The notes: generated by a model not told the origin, from the sequence alone. 64,000 nt of DNA from Bacillota bacterium (GCA_023459335.1 JAEWUO010000012.1:106-64105); one strand, 5' to 3'; shown: positions 47,960 through 55,314, counted from the first letter of the stretch. Numbers and translations are program-made.

Positions 47960-49363
47960 ATGATAAAGAAAACTGAAAATGGAGCTATTGCATTTGAAGG
48001 TCTATGTTCAAAAGTAACAACATTATTCGGGTCGATAGGAGCATCTAGAAACATAGATGAAGAAATTATTGTTGATAGAATTAAAGAGGCTTATAATGAA
48101 TCGGTAGACTTAACTCGTCGTATGTGTCTATATGCCAGAGATATTCGTTGTGGCGGACTAGGAGAGAGAAAAGTAGGAAGAATATTCATAGAAACTATGT
48201 ATAAACTTGATACTGATTTTATATTACAAAATTTAGATAAGCTAGTATTATATGGACGCTGGGACGACATTACTGATTTGTTTGTAAAAACAAAAGATGA
48301 AAAAATTTTAAAATTCATATACAAACAACTACAAGATGATTTTGTTTCAAAAACCCCAAGTCTTTTGGCTAAATGGATGCCAAGCGAAAATACGTCTTCA
48401 AACAAGACTAGGGCGGCCGCAAAGACAATTAGAAAATCTTTAGAGATGAGTTCTAAGGAGTATAGAAAGATGCTATCTGGAATAAGAAAGAAGTTAAATT
48501 TAGTAGAAACAAAGTTAACTAATAAGTCTTATGATGAAATTGAATACTCAGGCGTACCTTCTGTTGCTATGAATATGTATAAGAAGACTTTTATTGAAAA
48601 AGACGGAGAAAGATTCGAGGAATTTATTTCCAAAGTGGAAAATGGTGAAGATACTATTAATGCCGGTGTATTATTTCCTTACAATATAATAGAAAGTTTC
48701 AATAGACGCTACTTAACTAGCGACGAGCTAAGGGTGGTAGAGCAACAATGGAAGGCACTACCAGACTATGTTGATTTCTCGGAAGATGTGCTCGTCATGG
48801 CGGACGTATCTGGATCAATGGAAGGGCGTCCAATGGCAACTTCAATAGGTATGGCTCTATATTTTGCAGAAAGAAATACTGGTGTATTTAAAAATCAATT
48901 TGTTACTTTTACAGATATCCCTAGATTATTTCATTTAGATCCAACGCTATCTCTTGAGGATAGATATAGATTAGTTTCAAAGGAAGTTGGATACAATACT
49001 AACTTAGATGGAGCATTGGGGGCTATTGTTAAATCAAATGGTTCTCCTAAAGCTTTGCTTGTAATATCCGATTGTGAGATAGATTGTTTCGTTGGTGATG
49101 GTAAAAGAGTTCAGACAATAGTTGCTAAATATAAGTCGATATTTAAAGCGGCGGGAAAAACTATGCCCAAAATAATATTCTGGAATGTTGAGGGCGGAAA
49201 GAGCTTTCTATCTCTTGAGAATGAGAATGTTGCATTTACCTCTGGGTATTCCGCATCAATCTTTAATCAATTGGAGAGTTTAATAAAGAAGGGATCAATA
49301 GAGGCGATAATAGAAATATTATCTAAATATGAATATAATACTGAGGAGGATATGCAATGGTAA
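47960..49363 (+). CDS. vWA-domain protein (DUF2828/TROVE-like)
   Basis: LVMADVSGSMEG (MIDAS DxSxS). 467 aa. Confidence 0.6.
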   Translation: MIKKTENGAIAFEGLCSKVTTLFGSIGASRNIDEEIIVDRIKEAYNESVDLTRRMCLYARDIRCGGLGERKVGRIFIETMYKLDTDFILQNLDKLVLYGRWDDITDLFVKTKDEKILKFIYKQLQDDFVSKTPSLLAKWMPSENTSSNKTRAAAKTIRKSLEMSSKEYRKMLSGIRKKLNLVETKLTNKSYDEIEYSGVPSVAMNMYKKTFIEKDGERFEEFISKVENGEDTINAGVLFPYNIIESFNRRYLTSDELRVVEQQWKALPDYVDFSEDVLVMADVSGSMEGRPMATSIGMALYFAERNTGVFKNQFVTFTDIPRLFHLDPTLSLEDRYRLVSKEVGYNTNLDGALGAIVKSNGSPKALLVISDCEIDCFVGDGKRVQTIVAKYKSIFKAAGKTMPKIIFWNVEGGKSFLSLENENVAFTSGYSASIFNQLESLIKKGSIEAIIEILSKYEYNTEEDMQW

Positions 49364-50079
49364 TGACATTTGTTGAATTATTAGCAGAGCAGCCAAATGA
49401 TCCGAAGGTGGATCAAAGTATAAAAATATTGATGGATGTATTGGGAGGAAAAAAAGAAAAGAAAGAGGATGTAAATATGGATAATATCTTAGAAAATGTG
49501 ATTGATGAGATTGTTGCAAATATCGATAGTTTAGATTCGTTAGCATATACAATTACTGTTGATAATAAGGGGAATATTAACATAAAAGAAGGTTTGATAC
49601 TTCCTTCAAAAGAACCAGTAACAGAAGAGCTTGAAGAGCTTAAAGAGACAGAAGAAAGCATAGGAAGTTACGGCTTCTTGGTGCGAGAATATCGAAATGA
49701 ATTAACAAAGGTAAATAATGACATTGAGGTGTTATTGGAAGAATATAAAAAAGCCTCAATGCAAAAAATAAAATTAACCGAAGAAATTGATAATGCAACA
49801 GAAGATTTAGAAGGACTCTCTCTTGAAGCAGTAAGAGCTTTCTATATGTGCACTAATGAGCCATCTAATAGAAATACTCTAGCAGAAAAATTAGTAGAGA
49901 TTAAGTATAAAGAAAATTCTATAAATGATTTAGAGATGGAACTTCACTCTGAAAATGAAATATTAAATTCTATTCCAGAAATTATGGAAGAGAAATATTG
50001 TACAGTAGAAGAGATCGAAGAAATTTTAGAGAACCTCAACGCATCTTTACAGGAAATCGATTCGTCTTTTTATATCTAA
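49357..50079 (+). CDS. acidic coiled-coil protein
   Basis: Glu-rich ORF overlapping the upstream stop. Confidence 0.45.
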   Translation: MVMTFVELLAEQPNDPKVDQSIKILMDVLGGKKEKKEDVNMDNILENVIDEIVANIDSLDSLAYTITVDNKGNINIKEGLILPSKEPVTEELEELKETEESIGSYGFLVREYRNELTKVNNDIEVLLEEYKKASMQKIKLTEEIDNATEDLEGLSLEAVRAFYMCTNEPSNRNTLAEKLVEIKYKENSINDLEMELHSENEILNSIPEIMEEKYCTVEEIEEILENLNASLQEIDSSFYI

Positions 50080-50096
50080 ACATCTTATAACATATG

Positions 50097-50146
50097 TGCG
50101 GCGGCTATATCGAACCCAAGAATAATATTAAGCCGCCGCATTTATT
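50097..50146 (+). terminator. GC-rich hairpin terminator
   Basis: TGCGGCGGCT...AGCCGCCGCA (10 bp) followed by TTTATT. Confidence 0.6.
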
Positions 50147-50173
50147 GATTTTATTTTTACTTTGTGTTATAAT
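50145..50173 (+). promoter_or_regulatory. phage consensus promoter (TTGATT; TTAATATAGAAAGTAAAA variant)
   Basis: TTGATT-17-TATAAT. Confidence 0.65.
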
Positions 50174-50214
50174 TAATATAGAAAGTAAAATAAGGAAAGA
50201 AAGAAGGTATAGTT

Positions 50215-51333
50215 ATGGGAATAAAAGCACTACAAGAAATTATGAAAACGAATAAAGATTGGAGAAATGTCTTCAAAAATGATTTTAACTTAATTGTTAA
50301 TGAAGATGACGATTATATATTAATATATTACACCAATTCTACCCCTAGAGAATATGAATTTCTTCATTGGACTAGAGGAGTAATATTTTCAAAAGTGGAT
50401 TGTTCTATTGTTGCTGCACCTTTTAAAAGGTTCTTCAACTATGGAGAACCATATGCTTCCAAACTATATGGAAAATTAAGATTTTTCGAGAAAATAGATG
50501 GTTCTTTAATAAAAATGTGGTTTCATAATGATGAATGGCACATTTCCACTCAAAAAAATATTGACGCAGGCAATGCCTTAGTCGATTTATCAATATTTTC
50601 TTTCAAAGATTTATTTATGGATGGACTAAAGGCTCAAGGTTTTTCTTTTTATAAGTTAGATAAGGGAGTAACTTATCTATTTGAATTGGTGTCACCATAT
50701 AATCAAGTGGTCGTAGCTCACGAAAGATGTCAAGTGTATCACTTAGCTTCTAGAGAAAATTCTTCTCTTAAAGAAATAGAGGTTGATATTGGAATACAAA
50801 AACCTCGAGAATATGGGTTTTTAAATATAGAAGAGGCTTGCGAGTTTGCTGATAAGTTTGATAACCTATCAATTGAAGGGTTTGTTGTAGTTGATGAGCT
50901 CTATAATAGAGTAAAATTAAAAACAAAAAAATATATAATGGCTCATCATATGAGAACTAATAGCAAATCCTTAAAATCTTTTTTAAGTATCATTGTTAAT
51001 GGTGAAGCTTCGGAGTTTAGAGCTTATTTCCCAAAAGAAGGGGAGATTTTATTATTTTTAGAAAAAACTATTCAACATTTAGAGGATACTGTTTTTCTAA
51101 AAACTAAATATTATAAATCTATATCTAATGGGAAAAAAGATTTTGTCCAAAAAATACAAGAAGAAGATGGTTATATTAAGTCTCTACTGTTAATATCCTA
51201 TGACAAACCTAGAGTCAATCTAAAAGAGAGAGCTAACTATAAAGGTCTAGAGGACTTGATGAAATTATTAACTCTTTTTGATCCTGATTTGAAAGAAAAA
51301 ATGAAAGAAATATTATTATGTTCATATAATTGA
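50215..51333 (+). CDS. RNA ligase (Rnl family, KxDG nucleotidyltransferase)
   Basis: FEKIDGSLIKMWF (motif I), YLFELVSP, EGFVVVD (motif IV), VKLKTKKY (motif V). Confidence 0.7.
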   Translation: MGIKALQEIMKTNKDWRNVFKNDFNLIVNEDDDYILIYYTNSTPREYEFLHWTRGVIFSKVDCSIVAAPFKRFFNYGEPYASKLYGKLRFFEKIDGSLIKMWFHNDEWHISTQKNIDAGNALVDLSIFSFKDLFMDGLKAQGFSFYKLDKGVTYLFELVSPYNQVVVAHERCQVYHLASRENSSLKEIEVDIGIQKPREYGFLNIEEACEFADKFDNLSIEGFVVVDELYNRVKLKTKKYIMAHHMRTNSKSLKSFLSIIVNGEASEFRAYFPKEGEILLFLEKTIQHLEDTVFLKTKYYKSISNGKKDFVQKIQEEDGYIKSLLLISYDKPRVNLKERANYKGLEDLMKLLTLFDPDLKEKMKEILLCSYN

Positions 51334-51358
51334 CTTTCTTCTCATTCTATGATATAAT
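51330..51358 (+). promoter_or_regulatory. phage consensus promoter
   Basis: TTGACT-17-TATAAT. Confidence 0.7.
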
Positions 51359-51369
51359 TATATCATAGA

Positions 51370-51564
51370 GTGAGGGAAGGTGAGTATTTATTATGGAAAA
51401 GCAATTCAAATCATATGAAAAAATGTCAAAAAGAGAAAAAAAAAGATTATAATAATCGCCAAAGAAAAACTTGGGGTACATTATCTCCGATTACTCGAAA
51501 GCCCCAAAGAAATATACATAAGGTAAAAAAACAAAAAGAAATCATTGAATCGTATAATCAATAG
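51370..51564 (+). CDS. small very basic protein; the 5' end is uncertain (possible frame change in an A9 run)
   Basis: The track ORF starts at a GTG about 5 nt from the predicted TSS. A well-placed ATG (51393) is in the neighbouring frame and stops right after the A9 run (51436-51444). Confidence 0.35.
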   Translation: MREGEYLLWKSNSNHMKKCQKEKKKDYNNRQRKTWGTLSPITRKPQRNIHKVKKQKEIIESYNQ

Positions 51565-51584
51565 AGAAGAAAGTTGGTGAGCAC

Positions 51585-52067
51585 TTGGAAGAAGTTAGAT
51601 TGCTATTGGAAGAAATCTTGAATGAAAATAATGTAAAAAAAATAATTACACTTATTCACAATAAACGTTTCTCTAAATGTGTAGCAAGAGCGTCTGTGGA
51701 AAGAACATCAAATACCGAAGAATTTTCTAATAAGATTGAGGTCTCCTCTTTCTTTTTGGCAATGTCTAGAGAAAACCAAAGAGAGGTCCTAATCCACGAA
51801 TTGACTCACATATTACTGATGCCTAAAAACTGCTCTCATAATAAAGAGTTCAAAGAAAAGTGTATAGAGTTGGGCGGCAAAGAGATTATGTTTAAAGTTT
51901 CTGAAGAGATTAATAAAGTTACTAATTTCCCAATGCGATATATATTGAGATGTAATAAATGCGGCGGCATCTGCTACCAATCTATGAAAAAAACAAAAGT
52001 TATTAAAGAGTTTGTTAACTTTAAATCCATGTGTTGCAGAGAAAAATTAAACTTGGAAAGTTCTTAA
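51585..52067 (+). CDS. SprT-like zinc metalloprotease with C-terminal Zn ribbon
   Basis: LIHELTHIL (HExxH) and CNKCGG...CC. Confidence 0.6.
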   Translation: MEEVRLLLEEILNENNVKKIITLIHNKRFSKCVARASVERTSNTEEFSNKIEVSSFFLAMSRENQREVLIHELTHILLMPKNCSHNKEFKEKCIELGGKEIMFKVSEEINKVTNFPMRYILRCNKCGGICYQSMKKTKVIKEFVNFKSMCCREKLNLESS

Positions 52068-52069
52068 TA

Positions 52070-52098
52070 TTGACTTTTTCCTCATTCTATGGTATAAT
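52070..52098 (+). promoter_or_regulatory. phage consensus promoter
   Basis: TTGACT-17-TATAAT followed by TATATTATAGTAAAA. Confidence 0.7.
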
Positions 52099-52133
52099 TA
52101 TATTATAGTAAAAAAGAGAAAAGAGGTTTCTAT

Positions 52134-52409
52134 ATGAAAATAACAAATGACATAATCATAAAAATAAATGAGCTTTACTTAGAACTAGGGGTAAAAACAA
52201 AGGTGGCAAAAGCTATTGGTTGTTCCCCTTCAACAGTAACAAAATATTTAATTAAAGACTTTGTTCCTATAAAAGATATTAATGCAAAAGAGACCAAAAC
52301 AATTGTATTACCTCCAAAAACTACAATAGATTGGGATAATATTTCTTGTGAACTAACAGAACAAGAAATTTTAGATTTAGATGATATAAAAAAGAAAATA
52401 GTTCTATAG
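52134..52409 (+). CDS. small HTH protein
   Basis: VKTKVAKAIGCSPSTVTKYL is HTH-like. Confidence 0.5.
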   Translation: MKITNDIIIKINELYLELGVKTKVAKAIGCSPSTVTKYLIKDFVPIKDINAKETKTIVLPPKTTIDWDNISCELTEQEILDLDDIKKKIVL

Positions 52410-52410
52410 A

Positions 52411-52439
52411 TTGACTTTTAGTAAAAAGTATGGTATAAT
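52411..52439 (+). promoter_or_regulatory. phage consensus promoter (upstream copy of a 50-bp duplication)
   Basis: TTGACT-17-TATAAT. 49/50 identical to 52530-52580. Confidence 0.65.
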
Positions 52440-52534
52440 TATATTATAGTAAAAAGACATTACAGCAAATAATAATTAAAACAATATTTGAATTGATTTA
52501 TTTATAATGTCTTGGTACTGAGAAGCTCTCTAGA

Positions 52535-52563
52535 TTGACTTTTAGTAAAAAGTATGTTATAAT
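52535..52563 (+). promoter_or_regulatory. phage consensus promoter
   Basis: TTGACT-17-TATAAT. Confidence 0.7.
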
Positions 52564-52594
52564 TATATTATAGTAAAAAGAAAGTAGTGATTAA

Positions 52595-52846
52595 ATGTTC
52601 TTTTTAGAACAATTTGAAGGAAAATACAGAATTTATTATGATGGTAAATTTATTATTAAAACCTCTGGCTCATACAATATTTTAGGAGCAAGAATTTTAG
52701 GATTATCGTATGGAGATTACCTAAGGTTCTTGGTTCAGAACGGTGCAACGATAATTGGAAAGAAAAGTAAATATGTATCTTTCTTTTTTGAAAAGAAGGA
52801 AAATGCTATAAAAATACAAAAACTTCTAAATTCTTATTTAGTTTGA
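52595..52846 (+). CDS. hypothetical protein
   Basis: 83-aa ORF behind the promoter. RBS AAAGTAGTGA. Confidence 0.45.
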   Translation: MFFLEQFEGKYRIYYDGKFIIKTSGSYNILGARILGLSYGDYLRFLVQNGATIIGKKSKYVSFFFEKKENAIKIQKLLNSYLV

Positions 52847-52954
52847 GTTTTATTACTAGGGTATCATCGCAAGGATGTAAGTTTCGATACTGAATACCCT
52901 ATAGACACCCCAAGTCCCAGACATGACTATCCGTAAACTGTCTAACCTCTTTCT

Positions 52955-53026
52955 GGAGTTGTAGTCTAATGGTAGGACGCTCGCTTTGGGAGCGAGAAGG
53001 TCACAGTTCAAGTCTGTGCAATTCCA
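52955..53026 (+). tRNA. tRNA-Pro (UGG)
   Basis: Acceptor GGAGTTG/CAATTCC, anticodon arm CTCGC-TTTGGGA-GCGAG, T arm CACAG-TTCAAGT-CTGTG. Confidence 0.85.
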
Positions 53027-53197
53027 TACAGTTAACATAAGACATTTCAGCAACATTTGAACTTTTCTGTTAAAAAAGTATTCAAATGTCTAGCACAACT
53101 AACTGTAACCCATTGTTAGCCTAATCGCAGTTACGCTAACATAACTTGAAACATCAGATAAAAAATTAAGTTAGAATTAAAGCTTAAAAACAACATT

Positions 53198-53276
53198 TAG
53201 ACACATCAGCTACTTAAAAACAAGTTAAAGTTTAACTATTAAGTATGGTAAAAGGAAATTAAAGAGAGTGTCTAGA
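53198..53276 (+). ncRNA. spacer hairpin element b (AGACACATCAGC...GTGTCTAG)
   Basis: The conserved 5' box pairs with the conserved 3' box GTGTCT (53267-72). Confidence 0.3.
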
Positions 53277-53507
53277 GTAAAAACCTTCAATTTTCCTTTT
53301 CTTAGTAGTTATTCGATTAATACTCTTCTTTACACCCAAAGAAAGTATTCCTTAATGGTTTCTAGGTTAAAACGACACGCCGTAAGGTTTTTACCATGGT
53401 TAGTCGTCCAATAATCGGAGTTAGGCTCAAATCCTAGAGTAAAATGGTTAGTCTTGCAACTAAACCGGGCTTGGCACTTTCTCGAAAAGAGAAAGCCTAA
53501 CAAAAAA

Positions 53508-53584
53508 GACACGTCAGCCAGTTAAAAAACAAATTATGAATTATTTCTAGTGAGCACTATTTGTAAAACCTTAGTGTCTTGGAA
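53508..53584 (+). ncRNA. spacer hairpin element c (AGACACGTCAGC...GTGTCTTG)
   Basis: The 5' box pairs with GTGTCT (53574-79). Its start lies 120 nt upstream of tRNA-Ile. Confidence 0.3.
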
Positions 53585-53627
53585 TATTAAGTTTTACGTG
53601 CAAGATTTAGTGTTTGCTAAGAAATAT

Positions 53628-53701
53628 AGAAACATAGTTCAGTTGGTTAGAGCACACGTCTGATAAGCGTGAGGTCGATGGTTCGAGTCCATCTGTTTCT
53701 A
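53628..53701 (+). tRNA. tRNA-Ile (GAU)
   Basis: Acceptor AGAAACA/TGTTTCT, anticodon arm CACGT-CTGATAA-GCGTG, T arm GATGG-TTCGAGT-CCATC. Confidence 0.85.
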
Positions 53702-53708
53702 CTTATAT

Positions 53709-53801
53709 GGAGTAATAAGCCTAACGGTAAGGCGGGCGGTTGCTAACCGTTATTAGCCACAAGATCGTGGTGTGTAGGTTCAAGTCCTACTTACTCCGCC
53801 A
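53709..53801 (+). tRNA. tRNA-Ser (GCU), class II, with encoded CCA
   Basis: Acceptor GGAGTAA/TTACTCC, loop TTGCTAA, long variable arm, T arm GTAGG-TTCAAGT-CCTAC, G-CCA tail. Confidence 0.85.
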
Positions 53802-53804
53802 AAT

Positions 53805-53875
53805 GCGATTATCGTATAATGGTAGTACTCCCGTTTTCCAAACTGGTAGTCTGGGTTCAAATCCCAGTAGTCGCT
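53805..53875 (+). tRNA. tRNA-Gly (UCC)
   Basis: Acceptor GCGATTA/TAGTCGC. Anticodon arm CCCGT-TTTCCAA-ACTGG has one C:T mismatch. T arm CTGGG-TTCAAAT-CCCAG. Confidence 0.75.
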
Positions 53876-53917
53876 TAATCACTTTATTGTGATAACCTCC
53901 TAAGACAATATACATAA

Positions 53918-53998
53918 AGGCACATCAGCAATCTTAATTCTTTTAATTGAAAAGAATATAATTACAACTTGCGGTACGATAAGCTTGCGTGCCTAGAA
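53918..53998 (+). ncRNA. spacer hairpin element d (AGGCACATCAGC...GTGCCTAG)
   Basis: The 5' box pairs with GTGCCT (53989-94), with compensatory changes relative to elements b and c. Its start lies 121 nt upstream of tRNA-Ala. Confidence 0.3.
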
Positions 53999-54038
53999 TC
54001 GCTTATCTACAAGGGCTGTCAAGATTGTAATTATATTT

Positions 54039-54111
54039 GGGGAAATAGCTCAGCTGGTAGAGCACTTGGTTTGCAACCAAGCGGTCGAGAGTTCAATTCT
54101 CTCTTTCTCCA
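54039..54111 (+). tRNA. tRNA-Ala (UGC)
   Basis: Acceptor GGGGAAA/TTTCTCC, anticodon arm CTTGG-TTTGCAA-CCAAG, T arm GAGAG-TTCAATT-CTCTC. Confidence 0.85.
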
Positions 54112-54118
54112 CTTATAC

Positions 54119-54190
54119 TGCGGCGTAGAGAAACGGTATCTCATCAGACTCATTATCTGAAAATAGTTGGTTCGACTCCAGCCGCCGCAA
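54119..54190 (+). tRNA. tRNA-Met/Ile2 (CAU) with U at position 37
   Basis: Acceptor TGCGGCG/CGCCGCA, anticodon arm TCAGA-CTCATTA-TCTGA, T arm GTTGG-TTCGACT-CCAGC. Confidence 0.75.
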
Positions 54191-54284
54191 TAAATTTGAG
54201 GATTAGTCTATACATTGTAATGTGTTGCAATTGCTGTAAGTAAAGCAGCTAATTTGCGATCGTTGGCTATTGCTCAAATTAAAA

Positions 54285-54356
54285 GACCCCTTAGTCAAGC
54301 GGTTAAGACGACGCACTTTCTATGCGTAAACAGGAGTTCGACTCTCCTAGGGGTTA
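54285..54356 (+). tRNA. tRNA-Glu (UUC) with U at position 37
   Basis: Acceptor GACCCCT/AGGGGTT, anticodon arm ACGCA-CTTTCTA-TGCGT, T arm AGGAG-TTCGACT-CTCCT. Confidence 0.75.
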
Positions 54357-54359
54357 TAT

Positions 54360-54439
54360 GCTACTATGATTGAATTGGCGGACCTAAAGTTCGCTGAACA
54401 CTATTGTCCGTATCAGTTCAAGTCTGATTAGTAGCACCA
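54360..54439 (+). tRNA. atypical tRNA-like gene with encoded CCA; isotype unresolved (possibly Leu-UAA-like, or a pseudogene)
   Basis: Perfect acceptor GCTACTA/TAGTAGC, T arm ATCAG-TTCAAGT-CTGAT and an A-CCA tail. No canonical D arm or anticodon arm could be drawn. Confidence 0.5.
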
Positions 54440-54727
54440 AATCATTTTATAGCTTAATTAAGGCTATATAAAATGTATTAATAGAATCTTACGCACCTCT
54501 TAACAATGTGTCCCAGTAAGAACATTTATTATTTATTATATTGAGTTTTTGTTCGTCAGTTAAACTAGGTGAAAAAGCTATTCACTACTAAGAAGTTTCT
54601 TTTGTTGAAGAACACCAGAATAATACGACTGGTATAAAGAGGAACAAAGTAAAACTAAGAAAACAGGAGTTTCTCAATATAATATTTATATTCACTCTTA
54701 GCTCAGACGGTAGAGCGTGTGGCTGTT

Positions 54728-55189
54728 TACCTGACCTCAGATTGTGTTTCTTATGGATACAAAGAGAAAAGGTAACATAACTGAAATGGAAACTATGCTT
54801 GCGTTTATGAAACTCGGTTATAATGTTCTTACTCCGTATGGAGACTGTGAGCGTTATGATTTCGTAGTTGATATAGGCAATAAGTTTATAAGAGTACAGA
54901 GTAAGACAGCATCAACAGAAAACAACGGAGCATCATTTAAGATTAGCACTTCAAGTTCTAATCGAAAAGATGGTGGCGTTGTTCATCACACTTACACAAA
55001 AGAAGATATTGACTATTTTACAACGGTTTTTGACGGCATTGTTTATTTATTCCCTGTTGAAATATGCGGCGGAAGAGATAAGCAATTCAGAATAGAACCA
55101 ACAAAGAATGGACAAGTGAGAGGAATCACTTGGGCGAAAGATTATGTTTTATCAGAGGTGATTAAAACAATCTGAGCTGATGTGTAAGC
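54728..55189 (+). mobile_element. Intervening sequence in tRNA-Asn, 92% of which is a homing-endonuclease ORF
   Basis: Only about 25 nt 5' and 14 nt 3' of the ORF are non-coding. The ends pair with each other: GTTTAC/GTAAGC and CTCAGA/TCTGAG. Confidence 0.65.
54753..55175 (+). CDS. PD-(D/E)XK endonuclease of the I-Ssp6803I / PDDEXK_5 type
   Basis: KGNITEMETMLAFMKLGYNVLTPYGDCERYDFVVDIGNKFIRVQSKTA matches the family signature as I recall it. An alternative GTG start lies at 54744. Confidence 0.65.
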   Translation: MDTKRKGNITEMETMLAFMKLGYNVLTPYGDCERYDFVVDIGNKFIRVQSKTASTENNGASFKISTSSSNRKDGGVVHHTYTKEDIDYFTTVFDGIVYLFPVEICGGRDKQFRIEPTKNGQVRGITWAKDYVLSEVIKTI

Positions 55190-55236
55190 AACCACAGGGT
55201 CGTTGGTTCGAGTCCAACAGGGTGAGCTAGATTAAA

Positions 55237-55314
55237 GCAAAAGCTTTGTGTTGGTGGTATTACGATATTGCCAACGCAAAAGCTTTGTGTTGGTGGTATT
55301 ACGATATTGCCAAC
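55237..55314 (+). repeat. Perfect tandem duplication of a 39-bp unit, each unit forming an 11-bp hairpin with a UACG loop
   Basis: GCAAAAGCTTTGTGTTGGTGGTATTACGATATTGCCAAC x2. Confidence 0.9.

Larger units (their letters stand above)
54692..55226 (+). tRNA. tRNA-Asn (GUU) gene interrupted in the anticodon loop
   Basis: TCACTCT-TA-GCTC-AGACGGTA-GAGC-G-TGTGG-CTGTT | 462 nt | AA-CCACA-GGGTC-GTTGG-TTCGAGT-CCAAC-AGGGTGA-G. U1:A72 and G73 match bacterial tRNA-Asn. Confidence 0.75.

Noticed and set aside
53330-53512. 60-aa minus-strand ORF, and ORFs at 52856-53056 and 53969-54160, inside the tRNA cluster.
   Set aside because: They overlap tRNA genes or structured spacers and have no RBS. They are probably chance ORFs.
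52950-55230. tRNA cluster as a prophage attachment site or integration module.
   Set aside because: No integrase, excisionase or repressor genes and no att-like direct repeats were seen. The gene content is that of a virulent-type phage.
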